This document shows, one piece after another, positions 15,594-29,585 of a DNA stretch of 64,000 nt. Below the pieces are notes generated by a model that made no database searches, was not told the origin of the DNA, and was given only the letters and a program-made list of their open reading frames with translations. Position numbers and translations under genes: made by a program. The stretch comes from Auanema rhodensis. Lineage: Eukaryota > Animalia > Nematoda. Within the stretch, counting starts at the first letter, position 1, and each line of letters begins with the position of its first letter. The DNA lies in assembly GCA_964057225.1 (NCBI GenBank), contig OZ059896.1, forward strand, positions 10,788,001-10,852,000. Reading direction: 5' to 3'.

Positions 15594-16352
15594 ATGAAGT
15601 TAATCATTCTATTCGTTTCCGTCCTCGGCATCTACTCATCACCAGGTTTTTTTTGTTTCTTACCTAATTTTCATTGACTGTTTTTAGTGACTCGTGAATC
15701 CCAGAGACAAACTTCTGTCGATCCATTCGGAAGCACTTCCAAAACCCCACTTGATGCCAGCACCGTCGATCCTTTAGGAAGTATCACTGATTTACCAATT
15801 GATGCCAGCACCGTCGATCCATTCGGAAGTATCACTGATTTACCAATTGATGCCAGCACCGTCGATCCATTCGGAAGTATCACTGATTTACCAATTGATG
15901 CCAGCACCGTCGATCCAATCGGAAGTATCACTGATTCACCGATTGATGCCAGCACCGATGATCTTATAAGAATTATCACACCTATGACGCCTGAAGCCTT
16001 GACCGTCGATCCATTCGGAAGCAGTTCCAAAACCCCAATTGATGCCAGCACCGTCGATCCTTTAGGAAGTATCACTGATTTACCAATTGATGCCAGCACC
16101 GTCGATCCATTCGGAAGTATCACTGATTCACCGATTGATGCCAGCACCGTCGATCCTTTAGGAAGCACTTGCAAAACCCCAATTGATGCCAGCACCGTCG
16201 ATCCATTCGGAAGTATCACTGATTTACCAATTGATGCCAGCACCGTCGATCCAGTCGGAAGCAACTCCAACTCACCTAGTGTTGGAACTACCGTCGATAC
16301 TTTGGGAAATGTTTCTAACGGACCTGTTGATGGTACTACGATTGCAGCATAA
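15594..16352 (+). CDS. Secreted 16-aa-module protein, copy 2 (11 modules, including divergent DDLIRIITPMTPEALT; 238 aa)
   Basis: Same two-exon structure, open frame. Confidence 0.85.
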
Positions 16353-16703
16353 ATCTGTTCATGACAAGTCTGTGTAAGAAAGCTTAGTTTTTCACTCAGA
16401 TGTGATGATAATTGTATTTGAATTGTATATTTATAATAAAACGAAATCAATTTACTTTACGTTCATTTGTAAAAATATTAATTACATAAAAACAATAAGG
16501 CAGCAAAGCGATGTATGAAGAAATATTTTAAAGTTCAGTAGCTAGTCTAATCATATATTCAAAGTAGTTAGTATACAATTTATATCAAACCTGATATATA
16601 ATAACACATAATAGAGGCAGGTTATATTTTTTAAAGCACCATCTTTGAGACAAAGCTTGAGCATATGTCAACGCTATCGCACTCCCAAATACAAGAAAAC
16701 TGT

Positions 16704-17077
16704 TTAAAGATGTTTGTATTTCAAAAAGAGAAGATGAAGAAGACGCATTGTGCTCTGAAAATTTATAAAATAGTGTGCAAAATGTAAAAGAAATAGACCT
16801 TGAGATCACCATTAGCGATATCTTGAACTCGACTTTTGGGTTTTGGAAGTCCAGCTTCTTCTATCAACTTGAATGCAAAACTAATGTTTTTAATCTTGTC
16901 CTCGAATGATTTAGCCTTAAGAAAAAAAATGTGGAGAGGAACAAAATATCCTTCCAGCAGTCCCATCAATAAAACGAGAAAAACGCCATCTTGAAATTGA
17001 TATTCCATGCTGCTCACTTGAACCTATTATGGCGAAGGTGATAGAAAGTGACTTAATTCAAACCTCCAGATTAATTT
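16704..17077 (-). pseudogene. pat-6 3' fragment, copy 2
   Basis: As copy 1. Confidence 0.85.
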
Positions 17078-17468
17078 AATTAATTGTAACTTGTTCAGTA
17101 AGGGTATACGATTAAATGTAATTTAGTATATATAAACAAACAAACAATAGCAATATTATTTATCACAAAATAAAAAAAGTACATTGCTTAATCATTTGAA
17201 TAATCAATGATGTCATAATTTAACTTTGAAAAATAGTTCAAATATAACAAGTTTATGATGATATTTGGTTCCACCTGTGAAATTCCCGAATTTGAGCAAG
17301 CTGGAAAAAGCGTTGTGTCAAAATAGTGTTAGTTTTCTGATAATTAAATACAAAAAAACAGGATTTATTCAATTTTCAATTGTATAATAAAGGATATTAT
17401 ATTTGAACTATGCCAAATATCTAAGTATATAAAGGGGGACATATTCCTCAATATTCAACAACTTCAAC

Positions 17469-17939
17469 ATGAAGTTAATCATTCTATTCGTTTCCGTCCT
17501 CGGCATCTACTCATCACCAGGTTTTTTTTGTTTCTTACCTAATTTTCATTGACTGTTTTTAGTGACTCGTGAATCCCAGAGACAAACTTCTGTCGATCCA
17601 TTCGGAAGCACTTCCAAAACCCCACTTGATGCCAGCACCGTCGATCCAGTCGGAAGCACTTCCAAAACCCCAATTGATGCCAGCACCGTCGATTCATTCG
17701 GAAGTATCACTGATTTACCAATTGATGCCAGCACCGTCGATCCTTTAGGAAGCACTTCCAAAACCCCAATTGATGCCAGCACCGTCGATCCATTCGGAAG
17801 CACTTCCAAAACCCCAATTGATGCCAGCCCCGTCGATCCAGTCGGAAGCAACTCCAACTCACCTAGTGTTGGAACTACCGTCGATACTTTGGGAAATGTT
17901 TCTAACGGACCTGTTGATGGTACTACGATTGCAGCATAA
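17469..17939 (+). CDS. Secreted 16-aa-module protein, copy 3 (5 modules, 142 aa)
   Basis: Same structure; carries VDPVGSTSKT and VDSFGSITDL variant modules. Confidence 0.85.
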
Positions 17940-18290
17940 ATCTGTTCATGACAAGTCTGTGTAAGAAAGCTTAGTTTTTCACTCAGATGTGATGATAATT
18001 GTATTTGAATTGTATATTTATAATAAAACGAAATCAATTTACTTTACGTTCATTTGTAAAAATATTAATTACATAAAAACAATAAGGCAGCAAAGCGATG
18101 TATGAAGAAATATTTTAAAGTTCAGTAGCTAGTCTAATCATATATTCAAAGTAGTTAGTATACAATTTATATCAAACCTGATATATAATAACACATAATA
18201 GAGGCAGGTTATATTTTTTAAAGCACCATCTTTGAGACAAAGCTTGAGCATATGTCAACGCTATCGCACTCCCAAATACAAGAAAACTGT

Positions 18291-18664
18291 TTAAAGATGT
18301 TTGTATTTCAAAAAGAGAAGATGAAGAAGACGCATTGTGCTCTGAAAATTTATAAAATAGTGTGCAAAATGTAAAAGAAATAGACCTTGAGATCACCATT
18401 AGCGATATCTTGAACTCGACTTTTGGGTTTTGGAAGTCCAGCTTCTTCTATCAACTTGAATGCAAAACTAATGTTTTTAATCTTGTCCTCGAATGATTTA
18501 GCCTTAAGAAAAAAAATGTGGAGAGGAACAAAATATCCTTCCAGCAGTCCCATCAATAAAACGAGAAAAACGCCATCTTGAAATTGATATTCCATGCTGC
18601 TCACTTGAACCTATTATGGCGAAGGTGATAGAAAGTGACTTAATTCAAACCTCCAGATTAATTT
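18291..18664 (-). pseudogene. pat-6 3' fragment, copy 3
   Basis: As copy 1. Confidence 0.85.
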
Positions 18665-19055
18665 AATTAATTGTAACTTGTTCAGTAAGGGTATACGATT
18701 AAATGTAATTTAGTATATATAAACAAACAAACAATAGCAATATTATTTATCACAAAATAAAAAAAGTACATTGCTTAATCATTTGAATAATCAATGATGT
18801 CATAATTTAACTTTGAAAAATAGTTCAAATATAACAAGTTTATGATGATATTTGGTTCCACCTGTGAAATTCCCGAATTTGAGCAAGCTGGAAAAAGCGT
18901 TGTGTCAAAATAGTGTTAGTTTTCTGATAATTAAATACAAAAAAACAGGATTTATTCAATTTTCAATTGTATAATAAAGGATATTATATTTGAACTATGC
19001 CAAATATCTAAGTATATAAAGGGGGACATATTCCTCAATATTCAACAACTTCAAC

Positions 19056-19670
19056 ATGAAGTTAATCATTCTATTCGTTTCCGTCCTCGGCATCTACTCA
19101 TCACCAGGTTTTTTTTGTTTCTTACCTAATTTTCATTGACTGTTTTTAGTGACTCGTGAATCCCAGAGACAAACTTCTGTCGATCCATTCGGAAGCACTT
19201 CCAAAACCCCACTTGATGCCAGCACCGTCGATCCTTTAGGAAGTATCACTGATTTACCAATTGATGCCAGCACCGTCGATCCATTCGGAAGTATCACTGA
19301 TTTACCAATTGATGCCAGCACCGTCGATCCATTCGGAAGCACTTCCAAAACCCCAATTGATGCCAGCACCGTCGATCCATTCGGAAGTATCACTGATTTA
19401 CCAATTGATGCCAGCACCGTCGATCCATTCGGAAGTATCACTGATTTACCAATTGATGCCAGCACCGTCGATCCTTTAGGAAGCACTTCCAAAACCCCAA
19501 TTGATGCCAGCACCGTCGATCCATTCGGAAGCACTTCCAAAACCCCAATTGATGCCAGCACCGTCGATCCAGTCGGAAGCAACTCCAACTCACCTAGTGT
19601 TGGAACTACCGTCGATACTTTGGGAAATGTTTCTAACGGACCTGTTGATGGTACTACGATTGCAGCATAA
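19056..19670 (+). CDS. Secreted 16-aa-module protein, copy 4 (8 modules, 190 aa)
   Basis: Same structure, open frame. Confidence 0.85.
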
Positions 19671-20021
19671 ATCTGTTCATGACAAGTCTGTGTAAGAAAG
19701 CTTAGTTTTTCACTCAGATGTGATGATAATTGTATTTGAATTGTATATTTATAATAAAACGAAATCAATTTACTTTACGTTCATTTGTAAAAATATTAAT
19801 TACATAAAAACAATAAGGCAGCAAAGCGATGTATGAAGAAATATTTTAAAGTTCAGTAGCTAGTCTAATCATATATTCAAAGTAGTTAGTATACAATTTA
19901 TATCAAACCTGATATATAATAACACATAATAGAGGCAGGTTATATTTTTTAAAGCACCATCTTTGAGACAAAGCTTGAGCATATGTCAACGCTATCGCAC
20001 TCCCAAATACAAGAAAACTGT

Positions 20022-20395
20022 TTAAAGATGTTTGTATTTCAAAAAGAGAAGATGAAGAAGACGCATTGTGCTCTGAAAATTTATAAAATAGTGTGCAAAA
20101 TGTAAAAGAAATAGACCTTGAGATCACCATTAGCGATATCTTGAACTCGACTTTTGGGTTTTGGAAGTCCAGCTTCTTCTATCAACTTGAATGCAAAACT
20201 AATGTTTTTAATCTTGTCCTCGAATGATTTAGCCTTAAGAAAAAAAATGTGGAGAGGAACAAAATATCCTTCCAGCAGTCCCATCAATAAAACGAGAAAA
20301 ACGCCATCTTGAAATTGATATTCCATGCTGCTCACTTGAACCTATTATGGCGAAGGTGATAGAAAGTGACTTAATTCAAACCTCCAGATTAATTT
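20022..20395 (-). pseudogene. pat-6 3' fragment, copy 4
   Basis: As copy 1. Confidence 0.85.
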
Positions 20396-20786
20396 AATTA
20401 ATTGTAACTTGTTCAGTAAGGGTATACGATTAAATGTAATTTAGTATATATAAACAAACAAACAATAGCAATATTATTTATCACAAAATAAAAAAAGTAC
20501 ATTGCTTAATCATTTGAATAATCAATGATGTCATAATTTAACTTTGAAAAATAGTTCAAATATAACAAGTTTATGATGATATTTGGTTCCACCTGTGAAA
20601 TTCCCGAATTTGAGCAAGCTGGAAAAAGCGTTGTGTCAAAATAGTGTTAGTTTTCTGATAATTAAATACAAAAAAACAGGATTTATTCAATTTTCAATTG
20701 TATAATAAAGGATATTATATTTGAACTATGCCAAATATCTAAGTATATAAAGGGGGACATATTCCTCAATATTCAACAACTTCAAC

Positions 20787-21401
20787 ATGAAGTTAATCAT
20801 TCTATTCGTTTCCGTCCTCGGCATCTACTCATCACCAGGTTTTTTTTGTTTCTTACCTAATTTTCATTGACTGTTTTTAGTGACTCGTGAATCCCAGAGA
20901 CAAACTTCTGTCGATCCATTCGGAAGCACTTCCAAAACCCCACTTGATGCCAGCACCGTCGATCCTTTAGGAAGTATCACTGATTTACCAATTGATGCCA
21001 GCACCGTCGATCCATTCGGAAGTATCACTGATTTACCAATTGATGCCAGCACCGTCGATCCATTCGGAAGTATCACTGATTTACCAATTGATGCCAGCAC
21101 CGTCGATCCATTCGGAAGTATCACTGATTTACCAATTGATGCCAGCACCGTCGATCCATTCGGAAGTATCACTGATTTACCAATTGATGCCAGCACCGTC
21201 GATCCTTTAGGAAGCACTTCCAAAACCCCAATTGATGCCAGCACCGTCGATCCATTCGGAAGCACTTCCAAAACCCCAATTGATGCCAGCACCGTCGATC
21301 CAGTCGGAAGCAACTCCAACTCACCTAGTGTTGGAACTACCGTCGATACTTTGGGAAATGTTTCTAACGGACCTGTTGATGGTACTACGATTGCAGCATA
21401 A
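20787..21401 (+). CDS. Secreted 16-aa-module protein, copy 5 (8 modules, 190 aa; module 4 differs from copy 4)
   Basis: Same structure, open frame. Confidence 0.85.
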
Positions 21402-21752
21402 ATCTGTTCATGACAAGTCTGTGTAAGAAAGCTTAGTTTTTCACTCAGATGTGATGATAATTGTATTTGAATTGTATATTTATAATAAAACGAAATCAAT
21501 TTACTTTACGTTCATTTGTAAAAATATTAATTACATAAAAACAATAAGGCAGCAAAGCGATGTATGAAGAAATATTTTAAAGTTCAGTAGCTAGTCTAAT
21601 CATATATTCAAAGTAGTTAGTATACAATTTATATCAAACCTGATATATAATAACACATAATAGAGGCAGGTTATATTTTTTAAAGCACCATCTTTGAGAC
21701 AAAGCTTGAGCATATGTCAACGCTATCGCACTCCCAAATACAAGAAAACTGT

Positions 21753-22126
21753 TTAAAGATGTTTGTATTTCAAAAAGAGAAGATGAAGAAGACGCATTGT
21801 GCTCTGAAAATTTATAAAATAGTGTGCAAAATGTAAAAGAAATAGACCTTGAGATCACCATTAGCGATATCTTGAACTCGACTTTTGGGTTTTGGAAGTC
21901 CAGCTTCTTCTATCAACTTGAATGCAAAACTAATGTTTTTAATCTTGTCCTCGAATGATTTAGCCTTAAGAAAAAAAATGTGGAGAGGAACAAAATATCC
22001 TTCCAGCAGTCCCATCAATAAAACGAGAAAAACGCCATCTTGAAATTGATATTCCATGCTGCTCACTTGAACCTATTATGGCGAAGGTGATAGAAAGTGA
22101 CTTAATTCAAACCTCCAGATTAATTT
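21753..22126 (-). pseudogene. pat-6 3' fragment, copy 5
   Basis: As copy 1. Confidence 0.85.
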
Positions 22127-22517
22127 AATTAATTGTAACTTGTTCAGTAAGGGTATACGATTAAATGTAATTTAGTATATATAAACAAACAAACAATAGC
22201 AATATTATTTATCACAAAATAAAAAAAGTACATTGCTTAATCATTTGAATAATCAATGATGTCATAATTTAACTTTGAAAAATAGTTCAAATATAACAAG
22301 TTTATGATGATATTTGGTTCCACCTGTGAAATTCCCGAATTTGAGCAAGCTGGAAAAAGCGTTGTGTCAAAATAGTGTTAGTTTTCTGATAATTAAATAC
22401 AAAAAAACAGGATTTATTCAATTTTCAATTGTATAATAAAGGATATTATATTTGAACTATGCCAAATATCTAAGTATATAAAGGGGGACATATTCCTCAA
22501 TATTCAACAACTTCAAC

Positions 22518-23276
22518 ATGAAGTTAATCATTCTATTCGTTTCCGTCCTCGGCATCTACTCATCACCAGGTTTTTTTTGTTTCTTACCTAATTTTCATTG
22601 ACTGTTTTTAGTGACTCGTGAATCCCAGAGACAAACTTCTGTCGATCCATTCGGAAGCACTTCCAAAACCCCACTTGATGCCAGCACCGTCGATCCTTTA
22701 GGAAGTATCACTGATTTACCAATTGATGCCAGCACCGTCGATCCATTCGGAAGTATCACTGATTTACCAATTGATGCCAGCACCGTCGATCCATTCGGAA
22801 GTATCACTGATTTACCAATTGATGCCAGCACCGTCGATCCATTCGGAAGTATCACTGATTCACCGATTGATGCCAGCACCGATGATCTTATAAGAATTAT
22901 CACACCTATGACGCCTGAAGCCTTGACCGTCGATCCATTCGGAAGCAGTTCCAAAACCCCAATTGATGCCAGCACCGTCGATCCTTTAGGAAGTATCACT
23001 GATTTACCAATTGATGCCAGCACCGTCGATCCATTCGGAAGTATCACTGATTTACCAATTGATGCCAGCACCGTCGATCCATTCGGAAGTATCACTGATT
23101 TACCAATTGATGCCAGCACCGTCGATCCATTCGGAAGTATCACTGATTTACCAATTGATGCCAGCACCGTCGATCCAGTCGGAAGCAACTCCAACTCACC
23201 TAGTGTTGGAACTACCGTCGATACTTTGGGAAATGTTTCTAACGGACCTGTTGATGGTACTACGATTGCAGCATAA
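22518..23276 (+). CDS. Secreted 16-aa-module protein, copy 6 (11 modules, including the divergent module; 238 aa)
   Basis: Same structure, open frame. Confidence 0.85.
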
Positions 23277-23627
23277 ATCTGTTCATGACAAGTCTGTGTA
23301 AGAAAGCTTAGTTTTTCACTCAGATGTGATGATAATTGTATTTGAATTGTATATTTATAATAAAACGAAATCAATTTACTTTACGTTCATTTGTAAAAAT
23401 ATTAATTACATAAAAACAATAAGGCAGCAAAGCGATGTATGAAGAAATATTTTAAAGTTCAGTAGCTAGTCTAATCATATATTCAAAGTAGTTAGTATAC
23501 AATTTATATCAAACCTGATATATAATAACACATAATAGAGGCAGGTTATATTTTTTAAAGCACCATCTTTGAGACAAAGCTTGAGCATATGTCAACGCTA
23601 TCGCACTCCCAAATACAAGAAAACTGT

Positions 23628-24001
23628 TTAAAGATGTTTGTATTTCAAAAAGAGAAGATGAAGAAGACGCATTGTGCTCTGAAAATTTATAAAATAGTGT
23701 GCAAAATGTAAAAGAAATAGACCTTGAGATCACCATTAGCGATATCTTGAACTCGACTTTTGGGTTTTGGAAGTCCAGCTTCTTCTATCAACTTGAATGC
23801 AAAACTAATGTTTTTAATCTTGTCCTCGAATGATTTAGCCTTAAGAAAAAAAATGTGGAGAGGAACAAAATATCCTTCCAGCAGTCCCATCAATAAAACG
23901 AGAAAAACGCCATCTTGAAATTGATATTCCATGCTGCTCACTTGAACCTATTATGGCGAAGGTGATAGAAAGTGACTTAATTCAAACCTCCAGATTAATT
24001 T
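23628..24001 (-). pseudogene. pat-6 3' fragment, copy 6
   Basis: As copy 1. Confidence 0.85.
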
Positions 24002-24392
24002 AATTAATTGTAACTTGTTCAGTAAGGGTATACGATTAAATGTAATTTAGTATATATAAACAAACAAACAATAGCAATATTATTTATCACAAAATAAAAA
24101 AAGTACATTGCTTAATCATTTGAATAATCAATGATGTCATAATTTAACTTTGAAAAATAGTTCAAATATAACAAGTTTATGATGATATTTGGTTCCACCT
24201 GTGAAATTCCCGAATTTGAGCAAGCTGGAAAAAGCGTTGTGTCAAAATAGTGTTAGTTTTCTGATAATTAAATACAAAAAAACAGGATTTATTCAATTTT
24301 CAATTGTATAATAAAGGATATTATATTTGAACTATGCCAAATATCTAAGTATATAAAGGGGGACATATTCCTCAATATTCAACAACTTCAAC

Positions 24393-24911
24393 ATGAAGTT
24401 AATCATTCTATTCGTTTCCGTCCTCGGCATCTACTCATCACCAGGTTTTTTTTGTTTCTTACCTAATTTTCATTGACTGTTTTTAGTGACTCGTGAATCC
24501 CAGAGACAAACTTCTGTCGATCCATTCGGAAGCACTTCCAAAACCCCACTTGATGCCAGCACCGTCGATCCTTTAGGAAGTATCACTGATTTACCAATTG
24601 ATGCCAGCACCGTCGATCCATTCGGAAGTATCACTGATTTACCAATTGATGCCAGCACCGTCGATCCATTCGGAAGCACTTCCAAAACCCCAATTGATGC
24701 CAGCACCGTCGATCCTTTAGGAAGTATCACTGATTTACCAATTGATGCCAGCACCGTCGATCCATTCGGAAGTATCACTGATTTACCAATTGATGCCAGC
24801 ACCGTCGATCCAGTCGGAAGCAACTCCAACTCACCTAGTGTTGGAACTACCGTCGATACTTTGGGAAATGTTTCTAACGGACCTGTTGATGGTACTACGA
24901 TTGCAGCATAA
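24393..24911 (+). CDS. Secreted 16-aa-module protein, copy 7 (6 modules; same protein as copy 1)
   Basis: Same structure, open frame. Confidence 0.85.
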
Positions 24912-25262
24912 ATCTGTTCATGACAAGTCTGTGTAAGAAAGCTTAGTTTTTCACTCAGATGTGATGATAATTGTATTTGAATTGTATATTTATAATAAAA
25001 CGAAATCAATTTACTTTACGTTCATTTGTAAAAATATTAATTACATAAAAACAATAAGGCAGCAAAGCGATGTATGAAGAAATATTTTAAAGTTCAGTAG
25101 CTAGTCTAATCATATATTCAAAGTAGTTAGTATACAATTTATATCAAACCTGATATATAATAACACATAATAGAGGCAGGTTATATTTTTTAAAGCACCA
25201 TCTTTGAGACAAAGCTTGAGCATATGTCAACGCTATCGCACTCCCAAATACAAGAAAACTGT

Positions 25263-25636
25263 TTAAAGATGTTTGTATTTCAAAAAGAGAAGATGAAGAA
25301 GACGCATTGTGCTCTGAAAATTTATAAAATAGTGTGCAAAATGTAAAAGAAATAGACCTTGAGATCACCATTAGCGATATCTTGAACTCGACTTTTGGGT
25401 TTTGGAAGTCCAGCTTCTTCTATCAACTTGAATGCAAAACTAATGTTTTTAATCTTGTCCTCGAATGATTTAGCCTTAAGAAAAAAAATGTGGAGAGGAA
25501 CAAAATATCCTTCCAGCAGTCCCATCAATAAAACGAGAAAAACGCCATCTTGAAATTGATATTCCATGCTGCTCACTTGAACCTATTATGGCGAAGGTGA
25601 TAGAAAGTGACTTAATTCAAACCTCCAGATTAATTT
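25263..25636 (-). pseudogene. pat-6 3' fragment, copy 7
   Basis: As copy 1. Confidence 0.85.
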
Positions 25637-26027
25637 AATTAATTGTAACTTGTTCAGTAAGGGTATACGATTAAATGTAATTTAGTATATATAAACAAAC
25701 AAACAATAGCAATATTATTTATCACAAAATAAAAAAAGTACATTGCTTAATCATTTGAATAATCAATGATGTCATAATTTAACTTTGAAAAATAGTTCAA
25801 ATATAACAAGTTTATGATGATATTTGGTTCCACCTGTGAAATTCCCGAATTTGAGCAAGCTGGAAAAAGCGTTGTGTCAAAATAGTGTTAGTTTTCTGAT
25901 AATTAAATACAAAAAAACAGGATTTATTCAATTTTCAATTGTATAATAAAGGATATTATATTTGAACTATGCCAAATATCTAAGTATATAAAGGGGGACA
26001 TATTCCTCAATATTCAACAACTTCAAC

Positions 26028-26546
26028 ATGAAGTTAATCATTCTATTCGTTTCCGTCCTCGGCATCTACTCATCACCAGGTTTTTTTTGTTTCTTACCTA
26101 ATTTTCATTGACTGTTTTTAGTGACTCGTGAATCCCAGAGACAAACTTCTGTCGATCCATTCGGAAGCACTTCCAAAACCCCACTTGATGCCAGCACCGT
26201 CGATCCTTTAGGAAGTATCACTGATTTACCAATTGATGCCAGCACCGTCGATCCATTCGGAAGTATCACTGATTTACCAATTGATGCCAGCACCGTCGAT
26301 CCATTCGGAAGCACTTCCAAAACCCCAATTGATGCCAGCACCGTCGATCCTTTAGGAAGTATCACTGATTTACCAATTGATGCCAGCACCGTCGATCCAT
26401 TCGGAAGTATCACTGATTTACCAATTGATGCCAGCACCGTCGATCCAGTCGGAAGCAACTCCAACTCACCTAGTGTTGGAACTACCGTCGATACTTTGGG
26501 AAATGTTTCTAACGGACCTGTTGATGGTACTACGATTGCAGCATAA
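26028..26546 (+). CDS. Secreted 16-aa-module protein, copy 8 (6 modules; same protein as copy 1)
   Basis: Same structure, open frame. Confidence 0.85.
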
Positions 26547-26897
26547 ATCTGTTCATGACAAGTCTGTGTAAGAAAGCTTAGTTTTTCACTCAGATGTGAT
26601 GATAATTGTATTTGAATTGTATATTTATAATAAAACGAAATCAATTTACTTTACGTTCATTTGTAAAAATATTAATTACATAAAAACAATAAGGCAGCAA
26701 AGCGATGTATGAAGAAATATTTTAAAGTTCAGTAGCTAGTCTAATCATATATTCAAAGTAGTTAGTATACAATTTATATCAAACCTGATATATAATAACA
26801 CATAATAGAGGCAGGTTATATTTTTTAAAGCACCATCTTTGAGACAAAGCTTGAGCATATGTCAACGCTATCGCACTCCCAAATACAAGAAAACTGT

Positions 26898-27271
26898 TTA
26901 AAGATGTTTGTATTTCAAAAAGAGAAGATGAAGAAGACGCATTGTGCTCTGAAAATTTATAAAATAGTGTGCAAAATGTAAAAGAAATAGACCTTGAGAT
27001 CACCATTAGCGATATCTTGAACTCGACTTTTGGGTTTTGGAAGTCCAGCTTCTTCTATCAACTTGAATGCAAAACTAATGTTTTTAATCTTGTCCTCGAA
27101 TGATTTAGCCTTAAGAAAAAAAATGTGGAGAGGAACAAAATATCCTTCCAGCAGTCCCATCAATAAAACGAGAAAAACGCCATCTTGAAATTGATATTCC
27201 ATGCTGCTCACTTGAACCTATTATGGCGAAGGTGATAGAAAGTGACTTAATTCAAACCTCCAGATTAATTT
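26898..27271 (-). pseudogene. pat-6 3' fragment, copy 8
   Basis: As copy 1. Confidence 0.85.
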
Positions 27272-27662
27272 AATTAATTGTAACTTGTTCAGTAAGGGTA
27301 TACGATTAAATGTAATTTAGTATATATAAACAAACAAACAATAGCAATATTATTTATCACAAAATAAAAAAAGTACATTGCTTAATCATTTGAATAATCA
27401 ATGATGTCATAATTTAACTTTGAAAAATAGTTCAAATATAACAAGTTTATGATGATATTTGGTTCCACCTGTGAAATTCCCGAATTTGAGCAAGCTGGAA
27501 AAAGCGTTGTGTCAAAATAGTGTTAGTTTTCTGATAATTAAATACAAAAAAACAGGATTTATTCAATTTTCAATTGTATAATAAAGGATATTATATTTGA
27601 ACTATGCCAAATATCTAAGTATATAAAGGGGGACATATTCCTCAATATTCAACAACTTCAAC

Positions 27663-28469
27663 ATGAAGTTAATCATTCTATTCGTTTCCGTCCTCGGCAT
27701 CTACTCATCACCAGGTTTTTTTTGTTTCTTACCTAATTTTCATTGACTGTTTTTAGTGACTCGTGAATCCCAGAGACAAACTTCTGTCGATCCATTCGGA
27801 AGCACTTCCAAAACCCCACTTGATGCCAGCACCGTCGATCCTTTAGGAAGTATCACTGATTTACCAATTGATGCCAGCACCGTCGATCCATTCGGAAGTA
27901 TCACTGATTTACCAATTGATGCCAGCACCGTCGATCCATTCGGAAGTATCACTGATTTACCAATTGATGCCAGCACCGTCGATCCATTCGGAAGTATCAC
28001 TGATTTACCAATTGATGCCAGCACCGTCGATCCATTCGGAAGTATCACTGATTCACCGATTGATGCCAGCACCGATGATCTTATAAGAATTATCACACCT
28101 ATGACGCCTGAAGCCTTGACCGTCGATCCATTCGGAAGCAGTTCCAAAACCCCAATTGATGCCAGCACCGTCGATCCTTTAGGAAGTATCACTGATTTAC
28201 CAATTGATGCCAGCACCGTCGATCCATTCGGAAGTATCACTGATTTACCAATTGATGCCAGCACCGTCGATCCATTCGGAAGTATCACTGATTTACCAAT
28301 TGATGCCAGCACCGTCGATCCATTCGGAAGTATCACTGATTTACCAATTGATGCCAGCACCGTCGATCCAGTCGGAAGCAACTCCAACTCACCTAGTGTT
28401 GGAACTACCGTCGATACTTTGGGAAATGTTTCTAACGGACCTGTTGATGGTACTACGATTGCAGCATAA
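27663..28469 (+). CDS. Secreted 16-aa-module protein, copy 9 (12 modules, including the divergent module; 254 aa)
   Basis: Same structure, open frame. Confidence 0.85.
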
Positions 28470-28820
28470 ATCTGTTCATGACAAGTCTGTGTAAGAAAGC
28501 TTAGTTTTTCACTCAGATGTGATGATAATTGTATTTGAATTGTATATTTATAATAAAACGAAATCAATTTACTTTACGTTCATTTGTAAAAATATTAATT
28601 ACATAAAAACAATAAGGCAGCAAAGCGATGTATGAAGAAATATTTTAAAGTTCAGTAGCTAGTCTAATCATATATTCAAAGTAGTTAGTATACAATTTAT
28701 ATCAAACCTGATATATAATAACACATAATAGAGGCAGGTTATATTTTTTAAAGCACCATCTTTGAGACAAAGCTTGAGCATATGTCAACGCTATCGCACT
28801 CCCAAATACAAGAAAACTGT

Positions 28821-29194
28821 TTAAAGATGTTTGTATTTCAAAAAGAGAAGATGAAGAAGACGCATTGTGCTCTGAAAATTTATAAAATAGTGTGCAAAAT
28901 GTAAAAGAAATAGACCTTGAGATCACCATTAGCGATATCTTGAACTCGACTTTTGGGTTTTGGAAGTCCAGCTTCTTCTATCAACTTGAATGCAAAACTA
29001 ATGTTTTTAATCTTGTCCTCGAATGATTTAGCCTTAAGAAAAAAAATGTGGAGAGGAACAAAATATCCTTCCAGCAGTCCCATCAATAAAACGAGAAAAA
29101 CGCCATCTTGAAATTGATATTCCATGCTGCTCACTTGAACCTATTATGGCGAAGGTGATAGAAAGTGACTTAATTCAAACCTCCAGATTAATTT
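28821..29194 (-). pseudogene. pat-6 3' fragment, copy 9
   Basis: As copy 1. Confidence 0.85.
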
Positions 29195-29585
29195 AATTAA
29201 TTGTAACTTGTTCAGTAAGGGTATACGATTAAATGTAATTTAGTATATATAAACAAACAAACAATAGCAATATTATTTATCACAAAATAAAAAAAGTACA
29301 TTGCTTAATCATTTGAATAATCAATGATGTCATAATTTAACTTTGAAAAATAGTTCAAATATAACAAGTTTATGATGATATTTGGTTCCACCTGTGAAAT
29401 TCCCGAATTTGAGCAAGCTGGAAAAAGCGTTGTGTCAAAATAGTGTTAGTTTTCTGATAATTAAATACAAAAAAACAGGATTTATTCAATTTTCAATTGT
29501 ATAATAAAGGATATTATATTTGAACTATGCCAAATATCTAAGTATATAAAGGGGGACATATTCCTCAATATTCAACAACTTCAAC

